Source: Scyliorhinus canicula (taxonomy: Eukaryota). From it: a DNA stretch of 64,000 bases. A program made the position numbers and the translations under genes. The notes under the pieces were generated by a model. That model worked only from the letters and a program-made list of their open reading frames with translations, was not told the DNA's origin and ran no database searches. Position 1 is the stretch's first letter. Each line of letters begins with the position of its first letter. This document shows, piece by piece, positions 46,065 through 58,837 of the stretch. The stretch spans positions 122,439,727-122,503,726 of the forward strand of contig NC_052162.1 of the NCBI RefSeq assembly GCF_902713615.1, written 5' to 3'.

Positions 46065-48290
46065 TTATGAATGCTAATAGAATAATGTAACTTTTTATTG
46101 CGAGGGGAAATGAATACAAAAGTAGGGAGGTTATGCTTCAGTTATACAGGACATTGGTGAGACCACATCTGGAGCACTGTGTACAGTATTGCTCTCATTT
46201 AAGGAATGATGTCAATGTGTTGGAAGCAGTTCAGAGAAGGTTTACTGGACTCATACCTGGAATTGGAGGCTGGTCTTATGAGGAATGATTGGACAGGCTG
46301 GGCTTGTGTCCGATGGAGTTTAGGTGACTTGATTGAACCGTATAAGGTCCTGAGAGGCCTTGACAGGGTGGATGTAGAAAGGATATTTCCTCTTGTGGGA
46401 GAATCTGGAAAATAGAGTCACTTTAAAAGTAATGTTACTCATTTAAGGCAGAGGAAAACTTTTTTCTCTCAGAGGGTTGTGAATCTTTGGAACTCCCTTC
46501 CTCAAAGGGCAGTGGAAACAGAGTCTTTGAATATTTTGAAGGCAGAGCTGGATAGATTCCTGTTCATCAAGGGGGTGAAGGTTATCGGGGGGTGGGGGGG
46601 GGGGGGGGGGGGGCAGGAATACCACAAGAAATAGGAACAGTAGTAAACCATTCGGCCCTTCCCCGCCATTCAATTATGGCTGATCCAGCATTTCTCTTGG
46701 CCACTTTCCTGCCCTTTCCCTGTAATGCTTGATTCTCTCGCTGATCAAGAATCTATCTCAGTCTTAAATATAGGCAAGGGCTCTGTCCCCACAGCTCTCA
46801 GTTCCAAAGACTCACAACCCTCAGTGAAGACATTTCTCCGTATCTCAGTCTTAATTGGCACCTCTTTATTCTGAGACGGGTCCCTCTGGTCCACAGCTGC
46901 AGCAAGACTTCCCGACTCTTATACTCCAACCCCCTTGGAATCAGGGCCAACATTCCATTAGCTTCCTGATTACCTGCTGTACCTGTCTGCTAGCTTCCTG
47001 TGTTTCCTGCACAAGTTCCCCCGAGTCCCTTTGTGTTGCAGCTTTCTGCAGTTTTTCTTCATTTAAATAATACTGTTTCCCTTCCAAAATGAAATTCACA
47101 TTTTCCCACATTATGTTCCATTTACCAACTTTTTACCCACTTAGATAACCTATCTCATTGCAAATTGTTTGTACCCCCCTCCTCGCAACTTGTCTTTGCT
47201 CGTTCTCCCCGTGTCCGTGTGGGTTTCCTCCGATTTCCTCCCACAGTCCAAAGACGTGCAGGTTAGGTGGACTGGCTATGCTAAATTGCCCTTAGTGTTC
47301 AAAATGGTTAGGAGGGGTTACGGGGACAGGGTGGAGGTGAGGGCTTTAGTGGCTCGGTGCAGACTCGATAAGCCGAATGGCCTCCTTCTGCACTGTATGT
47401 TCTATTGCACCTAGTACATTCGCTTCGACCTCCAAGTCATTATGAGATATTATAAACAGTTGTGGTCCCAGAACTGATCCTTGTGTAAACCCACTGGTTA
47501 CAGTTCGCTGTTTCCTGTCCATCAGCCAATTCTCTTCCATCCCAATATTCGAGCTCCATAATCATGAGCTCTTATCTTATAACTTAACCCTTTTGTGAAG
47601 TACCTTGTCGAACGCCTTCCAAAAGTCCAAACACATCACATCTACTGGTTCCCCTCTATCTGGTTGTGATAAATTAACCAGACACCGTTTCCCTTTCATG
47701 AAGCTATGCTGACTCTGCTTATTGTGATTTTCCAAATTTGTTGGTATTACTTCCTTAATAATTGATTCCAGAATGTTTCCAACAATAAAGTTAGACAAAT
47801 TGGTCTACATTTACCAGCTTTTTGCTTCACTCCCTTTTTGTATAGGGATGTCACATTTGCAGTTCTCCAATCCTCCGGTACATCTCCAGAATCCAAGGAT
47901 TTTTGGAAAATTATAACCAATGCTTCCATTGTCTCTGTAGCCATTTCTTTAGGATCCTAAGATGCAAGCATCAGGGCCAGGGAACTTACCTGCCTTGAGC
48001 TCCATTAGTTTGTCTAACGTGATTTGTCCAGTGATTTAATTCCTCCCCCTATTCTTTAGCATTAATGGGATGTTCAAATTCTCTTCAACCATAAAGACTG
48101 CTGCAAAATATCTGTTTAACTCCTCTGCCATTTCCTTGTTCCCCATAACTATCTCCCAGATTTATTTTCTAAGGGGCCTGTGTGGAGTTGAGGTTACAAT
48201 CAGTTCAGCCGGGAACTTACTGAATGGTGGAGTAGGCTCGAGGGCCTATTCCTGCTCCTAATTCATATGTTATCACATCCATTATAATAG
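46065..48290. mobile_element. nested decayed CR1 fragments, with an HE1 at ~47195-47405
   Basis: 46110-46410 nearly identical to 21960-22260; DFWKAFDKV and DWRTANVTSLYKK on the minus strand. Confidence 0.8.
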
Positions 48291-48293
48291 ATT

Positions 48294-49268
48294 ACATAGA
48301 ACATAGAACATAGAACACTACAGCGCAGTACGGGCCCTTCGGCCCTCGATGTTGCGCCGACCTGTGAAACCATCTGAAGCCTATCTGACCTACACTATTC
48401 CATTTTCATCCATATGTCTATCCAGTGACCACTTAAATGCCCTTAAAGTTGGTGAGTCTACTACTGTTGCAGGCAGGGCGTTCCACACCCCTACTACTCT
48501 CTGAGTAAAGAAACTGCCTCTGACATCTGTCCTATATCTCTCACCCCTCAATTTAAAGCTATGTCCCCTCGTGTTGGTCATCACCATCCGAGGAAAAAGA
48601 CTCTCACTGTCCACCCTATCTAACCCTCTGACTATCTTATATGTCTCTATTAAGTCACCTCTCAGCCTTCTCCTCTCTAACGAAAACAACCTCAATTCCC
48701 TGAGCCTTTCCTCGTAAGACCTTCCATCCATACCAGGCAACATCCTAGTAAATCTCCTCTGAACCCTTTCCAAAGCTTCCACATCCTTCCTATAATGTGG
48801 TGACCAGAACTGCACGCAGTACTCCAGGTGTGGCCGCACCAGAGTTATGTACAGCTGCAGCATGACCCTGTGGTTCCGAAACTCAATCCCCCTGCTTATA
48901 AAGGCTAGCACACCATATGCCTTCTTAACAGCCCTATTAACCTGGGTGGCAACTTTCAAGGATTTATGTACCTGGATGCCGAGATCTCTCTGTTCATCTA
49001 CACTACCAAGAATCTTGCCATTAGCCCAGTACTCTGCATTCCTGTTACTCCTTCCAAAGTGAACCACCTCACACTTTTCCGCATTAAACTCCATCTGCCA
49101 CCTCTCAGCCCAGCTCTGCAGCTTATCTATGTCCCTCTGTATCCTATAACATCCTTCAGCACTATCCACAACTCCACCGACCTTCGTGTCATCTGCAAAT
49201 TTACTAACCCATCCTTCTACACCCTCTTCCAGGTCATTTATAAAAATGACAAACAGCAGTGGCCCAAC
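48294..49268 (-). mobile_element. young 5'-truncated HER1/CR1 LINE (open RT C-terminal frame)
   Basis: GPLLFVIFINDL..KFADDTK..LVRPHLEYCVQFWSP uninterrupted; (ttctatg)n tail; agatt duplicated; empty site at paralogue ~22560. Confidence 0.9.
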
Positions 49269-49269
49269 A

Positions 49270-49960
49270 GATTGTAGCAATTTCCCTCCTACTGATGTCA
49301 GGCTAATGGGTCTGTGGTTCCCCATTTTCTCTCTCCCTCCTTAAATAGTGGGGTTACATTTACCACCTTCCAATTCGCAGGAACCATTCCAGAATCTATA
49401 GAATTTTGAAAGATGATCACCAATGTATCCATTATCTCTACAGCCGCCTCTTTCAACACTCTGGGATGTAGAGCATCAGCTTTTGGGGATTTATTAATTT
49501 TTCATCCAAAAAATTCTCCGGTGCTACTTTTTCACTCATGCTCACAATTGTGAGAACCCCTTGGTTCTCTCGTGTTTTGGGACGATTTCTGTATCTTCCT
49601 CTGTGAAGACAGACACACATTGTTTAGTTTCTCTGTCATTTCCTTATTCCCCATTATAAACTCTCCTGTCTCTGCCTGGAATGGACCCACATTGGTCTTT
49701 GCTAATCTTTTCCTTTTCACATTCCTGTTGGAGCTTTTCCAGTCAGTTTTTATGTTTCTCGCCAGTTTGCTCTCATATTCTATTTTCTCTTCATCAGTTT
49801 CTTGGTCCTCCTTTCCTGAATTCTAAAACAAGTTCCCAATCCTCAGGCTTACTACTATTTTTGCCACTTTATGAGCCGCTTCCTTGGATCTAATGGAATC
49901 TGTAACTTTTCTTGTTAGCTACGGTTGCATCACCTTTCCTGTTGGATTTTTGATTCTTAA
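49270..49960 (-). mobile_element. decayed CR1 fragment
   Basis: paralogue of 22560-23350. Confidence 0.75.
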
Positions 49961-50731
49961 AGGACTTTATATCTGAGCAGCTGTGAAAATGAACGAAATG
50001 CAGCGCTGGATATAACCGAGAGCAGAAACAATAACACAAGCCAACTCCTGCCATCAATTGTGAACCTTTTGGTGTCTCAGTAGGTGGGAAGAATTACTGC
50101 ATCATTTTTCCTGTGGAGTTTTGTTCCTGAAAGGAATGTGTATTTGTTGCAAATATGTAATAAATCCTTAAATGCTCACAGATGTCTGTTTATTGACTAA
50201 TCTTTTCTTGCAATTTCCCAATCTCCCACACACAACCTGTCTCTCATACCTCGACAGTTTCCTTCTTTGAGAAACACCCAGAAAAATTAAACAAAGAACC
50301 ATGTAACCACTGTAGCCCATTTCATGGCAACGTGGCATGCTTTAGGGGGTTCCAAACAGAAATGGGAACTAAATATCTTCCAACTTCCAACATACTTCCA
50401 TTCTGTGACCCTTGTGAAATTGGAAACCATGTATTCGCAACAAAGCTGAAAGAGCATCAACCCACTGGAGGAAACGCTGCGAGGCCAGTCGTTCCAGCAG
50501 AAAGAAACCCCGACCATCCATATTGACCAATTGACAGAATGAATAAATTGAAGTTCCGAATGTAATTGAGAGCAGAAACAACAACAGCAGAATCCAATCC
50601 CGGCAATCATTTGTGAACTTGTTGGTGTCTCAGTAGTTGCGATGAAACACAAAATGTGTTCCCACATTGAGAGCAGATGAACGGCCTCTCCCTGTGGGAA
50701 CTCGTCGGTGTCTCCGCAGGTAGATGGATCA

Positions 50732-50998
<267 letters not shown>

Positions 50999-51697
50999 CT
51001 AAGAACAGATGAACGGCCTCTCCCCTGTGTGAACGCGCTGGTGTATCTTCAGGCTGGATAACTGAGCGAATCCCTTCCCACACTGAGAGCAGGTGAACGG
51101 CCTCTCCCCAGTGTGAATTCGCTGGTGTGTCCGCAGGGTGGATAAATCTCTGAATTCCTTCCCACACTGAGAGCAGGTGAACGGTCTCTCCCCAGTGTGA
51201 ACTCGCTGGTGTGCCTGCAGGTGGGGTGACTGAGTAAATTCTTTCCCGCACTGAAAGCAGGTGAATGGCTTCTCCCCAGTGTAAATTTGCTGATGTGACT
51301 TCAGGCTAAATAACGCAGTGAATTCCTTCCCACACTGAGAGCAGGTGAATGGCTTTTTCCCCGTGTGAACCCGTTGGTGTGACTTCAAGGTAGATAACAC
51401 AGTGAATCCCTTCTCACACTGAGAGCAGGTGAACGGTTTCTCCCCAGTATGAATTCGCTGATGTGACTTCAGGGTGGATGAATGTCTGAATCCCTTCTTA
51501 CACTGAGAGCAGGTAAACGGCTTCTCCACAGTGTGAACTCTTTCATGTGACTTCAGGCTGGATAATTCAGTGAATCCCTTCCCACACACAGAGCAGGTAA
51601 ATGGCCTCTCCCCAGTGTGACTGCGTCGATGAATCTCCAGCTTAGATCGGACTCTGAATCTCTTCCCACAGACTTCACATTTCCACGGTTTCTCCAT
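50999..51697 (-). CDS. C2H2 zinc-finger protein, ~8 fingers, ended by a premature TAG
   Basis: ATG at 51697 ([14 protein letters not shown]); 5th finger lacks its last His; further fingers continue past the stop to ~50610. Confidence 0.8.
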   Translation of the reverse strand: MEKPWKCEVCGKRFRVRSKLEIHRRSHTGERPFTCSVCGKGFTELSSLKSHERVHTVEKPFTCSQCKKGFRHSSTLKSHQRIHTGEKPFTCSQCEKGFTVLSTLKSHQRVHTGKKPFTCSQCGKEFTALFSLKSHQQIYTGEKPFTCFQCGKEFTQSPHLQAHQRVHTGERPFTCSQCGKEFRDLSTLRTHQRIHTGERPFTCSQCGKGFAQLSSLKIHQRVHTGERPFICS

Positions 51698-52319
51698 GTT
51701 TTGGGTCTCGTCGTAACTCTCCAGATCTGACAACCAGTTGAAGCCTTGTCCACACACAGAACACGTGTACGGTCTCTCCCCGCTGTGAATGGTGTGATGT
51801 TTTTTCAGGCTGTGTAACTGGTTAAAGCTCTTTCCACAGTCAGTGCTCTGGAACACTCTCACTCGGGTGTGTCTGTCTCGGTGCTTTTTCAGTCACACTG
51901 ATGTTTAAAATCGTCTGAAGCGAACGGAACAGACAAACATTTCTCCTCCCTTCTCGATTCAAAGGCCGATAATATTCAGGCCCCGATGAACCGAGCGACT
52001 CTGGCAGATCGAGATGTGACTTTTGAGATTTCTGTCTGTAATTCCTCCTCTTCTAATATCTTGTAAAAACAATTTACAAAAGACATCATTGTCAGTAAAG
52101 GATAGAAACTCAGAACAGACAATTTTAATTCCTCTGGAACATTTTATCCTTTCTCACTCCGCAAAAGCTGTAAATCTCCATCCCACACACTCCCTCCATT
52201 CTCACCCTGCTCCACAACGAGTGAAGAACTCCCTCCTCATCTCAGCTTTGTCTCCATTTTCCTGCCTGTTTTCCATAACCCTGGACTCCCTGGTCATCAG
52301 AAATCGGTCTGGATGGGAA

Positions 52320-54355
52320 CCATGTGATGCGGCGCAGGAGTAGCTGCTTTCCCGCAGGTTCTGATGCCACTCACCTAGAATCCGTCATTTATCCTGATTG
52401 CTCGGCACTCATCTACCTGATCCTTGAATTAATATTTGTTGTCATGTCTCTGGAAGACATCGGGTTTAGGAAAGGTAAGATTAAGAAATCCGTTGATAAA
52501 AGAGTGGAGGCGGATTCAGTGGGGGTGCAGCCGCCTTTTCAACATGGAGGCCTGACCCTTGGGAGGTCTCTCGACGCCGCGCTCTCCGGGACTCTCTCGG
52601 AGGTGGCGAACATGATGATTGCCGACCTTCTCTGTGTTATTGACCAGAGGCTGAGTGAGCTGACTCAATATCTCTGAGCTCATGAGGCCGAGCTGTAAAA
52701 CACCATGAAGAGGCTTGTTGATCACGAGGCTGCGAGGGAGACCGGGAAAGTGAAGGACAGGGGAGGGAATATGGTCTTGGACCCGACGGGTGAGAATGGG
52801 GTGTTTCGGGACTTCTATGGCAAGCTGTATGGGTCGGAACCCCCAGCCGGGGCGGAGGCGATGAGGCGGATTTTAGAGGGGTTGGAGATCCCGAAGGTGG
52901 AAGAGGAGCTGGTGGAGGCCCTGGGGACCCAATTGGGTGGTAGAAGCATCCTTCACTTTCCCGGTCTCCCTCGCAGTCTCCTGCTTCCTCAACTGGTGCA
53001 CTAGCATCCTGCTCGCCTTCTCCCTGTATTCATACACTGTCCCCCTTACCCTTCTCAACTGCCCCACTGCCTTTCCTGTAGATAGACCCCTGATGGATCT
53101 CTGTGTCTATTCGGAACCCTGGATATCCGTTATCCCTTCTTAGTTCCCAAATACCAGAGGTCAAGTCTGTGCTTTTTGGCAAAGTTCAGTTGAACTGTAT
53201 TTGTCAGCTTGTGTCACTGGTAAACTTTATTTGTCAACATAAGATTAGGTCAGATTGATTGTCTTTAGTGAACACAGGAGTTGAGTTTAGAACATACAGG
53301 GCAGAAGGAGCCCATTTAAGCCCTCACTTCCACCCTATCCCCGTAACCCAATAACCTCTCCTAACCTTTTTTTGGTCACGAAGGGCAATTTATCATGGCC
53401 AATCCACTGAACCTGCACATCTTTGGACTGTGGGAGGAAACCGGACCACCCGGTGGGAACCCATGCACACATGGGGAGAATGTGCAGACTCCGAACAGAC
53501 AGTGACCCAGCAGGGAATCGAACCTGGAACTCTGGTGCTGTGAAGCCACACTACTAATCACTTGTGCTACCATGCTGCCCAATTTCATTCAATTACAAAT
53601 TGTAATACACAGAATAAAATGACTGAGTGATTTAAAAAAAAGAAAGATGGTGATTTAGCAAAAACAAGTAAAGGAAATAGGTTTCAGAAAGAGATAGATA
53701 GAGATACTGAAGGTGATGCTATCGGGCAAGGCCCCTGGCCTGGAGGGGTAGCGGTGAAATTTTATAAGAAATTCTCAGGGGTAATGGGGCCGGTGCTGCT
53801 AAGGGATTTTAACAAGGCAAGGAAGCTGGGAGTGCTCCTCCAACGTTGTCACAGGCTTCGATATCCCTCACTTTGAAGCAGGAAAAGGACCCAGAACAAT
53901 GTGAGTCATGGAGACCGATCTCCCTGCTAAATGTAGATGCTATTGGCTAAGATCTTGGCCTCGAGAATAGAGGATTGTGTCCCAGGGGTGATAGGGGATG
54001 ACTAGAGGGGTTTGTGAAGGGGAGGCATCTGGCAGCCAACATCAGGAGGCTACTCAATGTGATCATGATACCTCCAGAGGGACGAGAGGTAGAGGTGGTA
54101 GTCGCCATGGATGCAGAAAAGGCCTTTGATCGAGTGGAGTGGGACTATTTGTGGGAGGTTCTGGGGCGGTTTGGATTTGGACAATGTTTTGTGGACTGGG
54201 TCCGGTTGTTATACCAGGCACTGGTGTCCTGTGTACAGACAAACCTGTTGCGTTCACATTATTTCAGGCTGCACTGGGGGACAAGGCCCACTCTCGCTAC
54301 TGCTCTTTGCCATGGCTATAGAACCAGTGGCAATGGCACTGAGAACATCAGGGGA
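52320..54355. mobile_element. rearranged L1 fragments (ORF1, ORF2 linker, RT) in a ZNF intron, with an HE1 at ~53288-53580
   Basis: YEYREKASRMLVHQL (-); FRDFYGKLY (+); WRPISLLNVD..AMDAEKAFDRVEWDYL (+). Confidence 0.8.
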
Positions 54356-54374
54356 TTTTGGGATGGTGGACATT

Positions 54375-55335
54375 ATGAAAGAGACCATCCTTTAACCAGA
54401 CAAATAAATGTGTCAAGGTGAGGGAGCAAAGGATGTCAATGTCTTTGAGAGAGAGAGACCTGGGCCAAGCTTTCCAGAGGGTGCCTCCCTGCAATGACTT
54501 CCTTTCCCTTCAGTTGCTGCAAGTGACCAATTGAACGTGAGAATGAGAAAAGAAATGAAAAGGGGGAGAAATGAAAGTGTTTTACTCACAGATGTTGGAG
54601 AGAGGAGGAGGTTTCAGTCTGTGTGAAGCTCAATCTTCATCCACAGATAGCCCGCGCTGCTTGGTTGGAGGAGAAGAGTCCTTCCGGTCCCAACTCTTCC
54701 CATTGGCCAATACTTCAGCAGGCATGTCAGGGGAAGGGCGTTCCCTCGCACACGCGCAGCCTCTCCTCCCTCTTGGACATGCGCAGTCCCGGGCCGGGGG
54801 GAGGGGAGATCACCGAGCGGCTTCTCGCTCTGGCCGGAGCTGTCAGCCGGTTGCCTGGAAACCTTGTCTGGAGGAGGGGAAACAATGAGTGGGGCAGAGC
54901 TGCTGTGTCCGCGCGCCGGGCCTGCGCACTGGAATCCTGAGACGTCACCGCGGATTCCTCTGCGTGCGCAGGAAAGTTGTTGACCAATGGGAAGAGTTGG
55001 TGAACCGGAAGGATTCTCTTCCGCCATCCAATCAGCTCCCCCCGTTGTCTGAATGCGGAAGCTGTACAATGAGGAAACCTGGGACCTCACACAGACTGAA
55101 AACTCTTCCTGTCTCCAACATCAGTGAGTAAAACAATTTATTTTCTCATTCTCACCTTCAATTAGTGACTTGCAGCAACTGAAGGGAAAGGAAGTGAATC
55201 CAGGGAGGGTGTAGACTCTGGAAAGCTTGGCTCGGGTCTCTCTCTTCTTAAAGACATTGACATCCTTTGCTCCCTCAGCTTGACACATTTATTTGTCTGG
55301 CTAAAAGGATGGTCTCTTTCCTAATGTTCACAATT
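54375..55335. promoter_or_regulatory. complete bidirectional ZNF promoter cassette
   Basis: ~340-bp inverted arms, each with CCAAT, CCGGAAG and an outward-facing GTGAGT donor (54589 -, 55124 +), serving the ZNFs at 51697(-) and 56658(+). Confidence 0.8.
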
Positions 55336-55968
55336 AGAGGGTTGCTTTCAAACCATCCCTCCAAATCCTTGTCCTTCAAGGATTTAGCGAAGACCAAGGA
55401 AGTAGTCAGATTATTGAAAGAATTGACAGAGTTGTCTGATGCAATTTTCAGGGTCACAGGATAAAGCAACATAATTCACTGTAAGGTGAGGTGGGAGCCA
55501 GGTCCCACCTCACCATATCCGTCTCCAGGACCCTCTGGTGATCTTTCAAGTTGTAGAAGTGAATGATTACAGGCCTGGGATGAAAACTATCCCTCGGCGT
55601 CAAAGACAGGATCCGATGCCCTTTCTAATTTGAATCAGCCAGGCTTCACATCCAGATGGAGAAAACGTGGCAGCCAATCCTCGAAGAACCTAACGGGAGC
55701 CTTACCCTCCACACCTTCCGGCAGGCCGACGACTAGGATGTTCTTTCTCTGACCCTCGGTTCTCCAGGAGTCCACCACACCACTCAGCTGGTTTTCCAAG
55801 GATTAAATTCTTGCCTCTGCCGAGGAGGCATCTTGCTCAACATTCAGGATTCTCTCCTCGGGATCATCAAATCTTTTCATGGCATTTTACAGCTCGGCTT
55901 CATGAGCTCACAGATATTGAGTCAACTCACTCAGCCTCTGGTCACTAACACGGAGAATGTCGCTGACA
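55335..55968 (-). mobile_element. decayed L1 ORF1 fragment in a ZNF intron
   Basis: LENR..RKNILVVGLPEG; homologue of 35600-36330. Confidence 0.75.
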
Positions 55969-56657
55969 TCGATCGGCCAATGATCCCACAGAATAAACGA
56001 GCAGGGTCGATGAGCTGAATGGCCGTCTGCAGCTCCTATTTGTTATGATCTGTGTGTCCAGGACACGAAGCTGTGAGCATAGATCTGTCAATCAGCCTGT
56101 ATCAACACCTTCAGGAGAATTGGGAGGGGGAATATTAGATACAGCAGAGTGAGAATGGAGGGAGGGTGTGTGGGATGGAGATTTACAGCTTTTGTGGAAC
56201 AAGAGAGGAAAGAATGTTCTCTAGGAACTAGAATTGTCTGTTATGAATTTCTAACCTGTACTGACAGTGATGTCTTTTGTAAATTGTCTTTACAGGATAT
56301 TAGAAGAGGAGGAATTACAGACAGAAATCTCGACCACCAGCTCTCAATCTGACTGAGTCTCTCAATTCCTTGGAACTGAATATCACCGGACATTGAATCT
56401 GGAAGGAGTAATGTTTGTCTTTTCTGTCGGCTTCAAAAAATGTTAGCCATCAGTGTGACTGGAAAAGCACCGACACACACACACACTACTGAGTGAGAGT
56501 GTTCCAGAGCACTGACTGTGGAAAGAGATTTAACTAGTTACACAGCCTGAAAAAACATCACACCATTCACAGTGGGGGGAGGCTGTACACGTGTTCTGTG
56601 TGTGGACGAGGTTTCAACTGATCGACAAACCTGGAGAGACACGAGGACACCCCCACC

Positions 56658-57428
56658 CTGGAGAAACGGTGGAAATGTCGGGAATGTGGGAAGGGATTCA
56701 GGGCTCCATCTCAGCTGGAAGCTCATCGACGCATTCACACTGGGGAGAGGCCGTTCACCTGCTCTGTGTGCGGGAAGGGATTCATTCAGTTATCCGCCCT
56801 GCAGACACACCAGCAAGTTCACACCGGGGAGAGGCCGTTCATCTGCTCTCAGTGTGGGAAGGGATTCACTCGGTTCGGTAACCTGAAGATGCATCAGCGA
56901 GTTCACACTGGGGAAAGGCCGTTCATCTGCTCTCAGTGTGGGAAGGGATTCACTCGGTTCGACAACCTGCGGATACATCAGCGAGTTCACACTGGGGTGA
57001 GGCCGTTCACCTGCTCTCAGTGTGAGAAGGGATTCACTACTTCATCAAGCCTGCTGAAACACCAGCAAGTTCACAGTGGGGAGAGGCCGTTCACCTGCTC
57101 TCAGTGTGAGAAGGGATTCACTACTTCATCGAGCTTGCTGTCACACCAGCGTGTTCACACTGGGGAGAAGCCGTTCACCTGCTCTCAGTGTGGGAACAGA
57201 TTCACTCAATCGTCCGACCTGCAGAAACACCAGCGAATTCACACTGGGGAGAAACCGTTCACCTGCTTTCAGTGTGAAAAGGGATTCGCTCGGTTATCCA
57301 ACCTGCGGATACATCAGCGAGTTCACACTGGGGAGAAGCCGTTCACTTGCTCTCGGTGTGGGAAGGGATTCACTCAATCATCCCACCTGCAGACGCACCA
57401 ACGAGTTCACACAGGGGAGAAGCCGTAA
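56658..57428 (+). CDS. C2H2 zinc-finger ORF, 9 fingers; start codon is CTG where paralogues have ATG
   Basis: CCACC-CTG-GAG-AAA-CGG-TGG-AAA-TGT, in frame with ORF 56766-57428; intron 55124-56295. Confidence 0.7.
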   Translation: MEKRWKCRECGKGFRAPSQLEAHRRIHTGERPFTCSVCGKGFIQLSALQTHQQVHTGERPFICSQCGKGFTRFGNLKMHQRVHTGERPFICSQCGKGFTRFDNLRIHQRVHTGVRPFTCSQCEKGFTTSSSLLKHQQVHSGERPFTCSQCEKGFTTSSSLLSHQRVHTGEKPFTCSQCGNRFTQSSDLQKHQRIHTGEKPFTCFQCEKGFARLSNLRIHQRVHTGEKPFTCSRCGKGFTQSSHLQTHQRVHTGEKP

Positions 57429-58257
57429 CCTGTTCTTAGTGAGAGAAGGGATTCAGATATCCATACACCCTGCGGGAACACTAGCGAGTTCACACCTGGA
57501 AGAAGCCATTCACCTACTCTGAGCAGGGGAGACATTCAATGATCCGGAGACACTAGCAAGTTAATTCTGGGGAGAGGCCATTCATCTGCTCTCAATGTGG
57601 GGAGACCTATCACTGATAAGTCTATTTTCTTCCAGATGTGAATAGATCCTATCCCTCAGTATCTTCTCCAACAGTTTGCCTACCACTGACATCAAGCTCA
57701 CAGGTCTATAATTCCCTGGATTATCCCTGCTACCCTTCTTAAACAAAGGGACAACATTATCAGTTCATCTGCTCTCAACGTGGGGAGGGGTTTTGTGATT
57801 CATCACAGCTGTTCTGACTGCAACAAGTTCACAATAAATTCCAGATGTTGGCTCCGTTGTTATTGTTTCTGCTCTCACTGACATCCAAGATTGCATTTTG
57901 TTCATTCTGACATCTGGTGAATGGTGATGATTGGAGGGTTTCTTTCTGCTGGACTGGCCGGTCTAACACCTCTGCCTCTGGTGGGCTGACCATTTTTGAG
58001 CCTTGTTGCGATTACCTGGTTCCAAGTTTGACGAGGAGCACAGAATGAAAAGGTGTTTGCATGTTGGAAGATATTTAGTTCCCAAAGCAGCCACATTGCC
58101 ATGAAGATGGGCTATGGTGGTTACAGGGTTCTTTTGCCTAATTTATCTGGGTGTTTCTTGCAGAAGGAAACTGTCATGGTATGAGGGGCAAGTTGTCTGT
58201 GGTAGATTGGGAAATTACAATAAACATATCACTGAAAGTGGCAACGCAGGACGATAA

Positions 58258-58438
58258 ACAAAATGAAATGAAAATAGCTTACTGTCACAAGTAGGCTTCA
58301 AATGAAGTTACTGTGAAAAGCCCATGGTCGCCACATTCCGGCGCCTGTTCGGGGAAGCTATTACGGGAATCGAACCATGCTGCTGGCCTGCTTGGTCTGC
58401 TTTCAAAGCCAACGATTTAGCCCTGTGCTAAACAGCCT
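58258..58438 (-). mobile_element. SINE family B inserted in CR1
   Basis: reverse complement of 837-1011. Confidence 0.75.
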
Positions 58439-58439
58439 C

Positions 58440-58837
58440 TCAGGTCACTAAGAAGGCAGACGGCATGCTTGTCGTCATTGGTCGGGGCATTGAGTATAAA
58501 AATTGGCAAGTCATGCTGCAGCTGTACAGAACCTTAGTTAGGCCACGTGGAATATTGCCTACAATTCTGGTCACCACATTCCCAAAAGGATGTGGAGGCT
58601 TTGGAGAGAGTACAGAGGAGGTTTACCAGGATGTTGCCTGGCCTGGAGGGTATTAGCTGTCAGGAGAGGTTGGATAAACTCGGATTGTTTTCACTCGAGC
58701 GACGGAGGTTGAGGGACAACCTGATAAAAGTTTACAAAGTTATGAGTGGCATGGACAGAGTGGATAGTCAGAAGCTTTTTCCCAGGTTGGAAAAGTCAAT
58801 TACCAGGTGCCACAGGTTTAAGGTGCGAGGGGCAAAG
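58440..58837 (+). mobile_element. CR1/HER1 RT C-terminal fragment
   Basis: EYCLQFWSPH..LERVQRRFTRMLPGL. Confidence 0.85.

Noticed and set aside
48390-49325. 311-aa ORF as a host gene
   Set aside because: It is a chance in-frame fusion of an old CR1 fragment and a 5'-truncated HER1/CR1 insertion.
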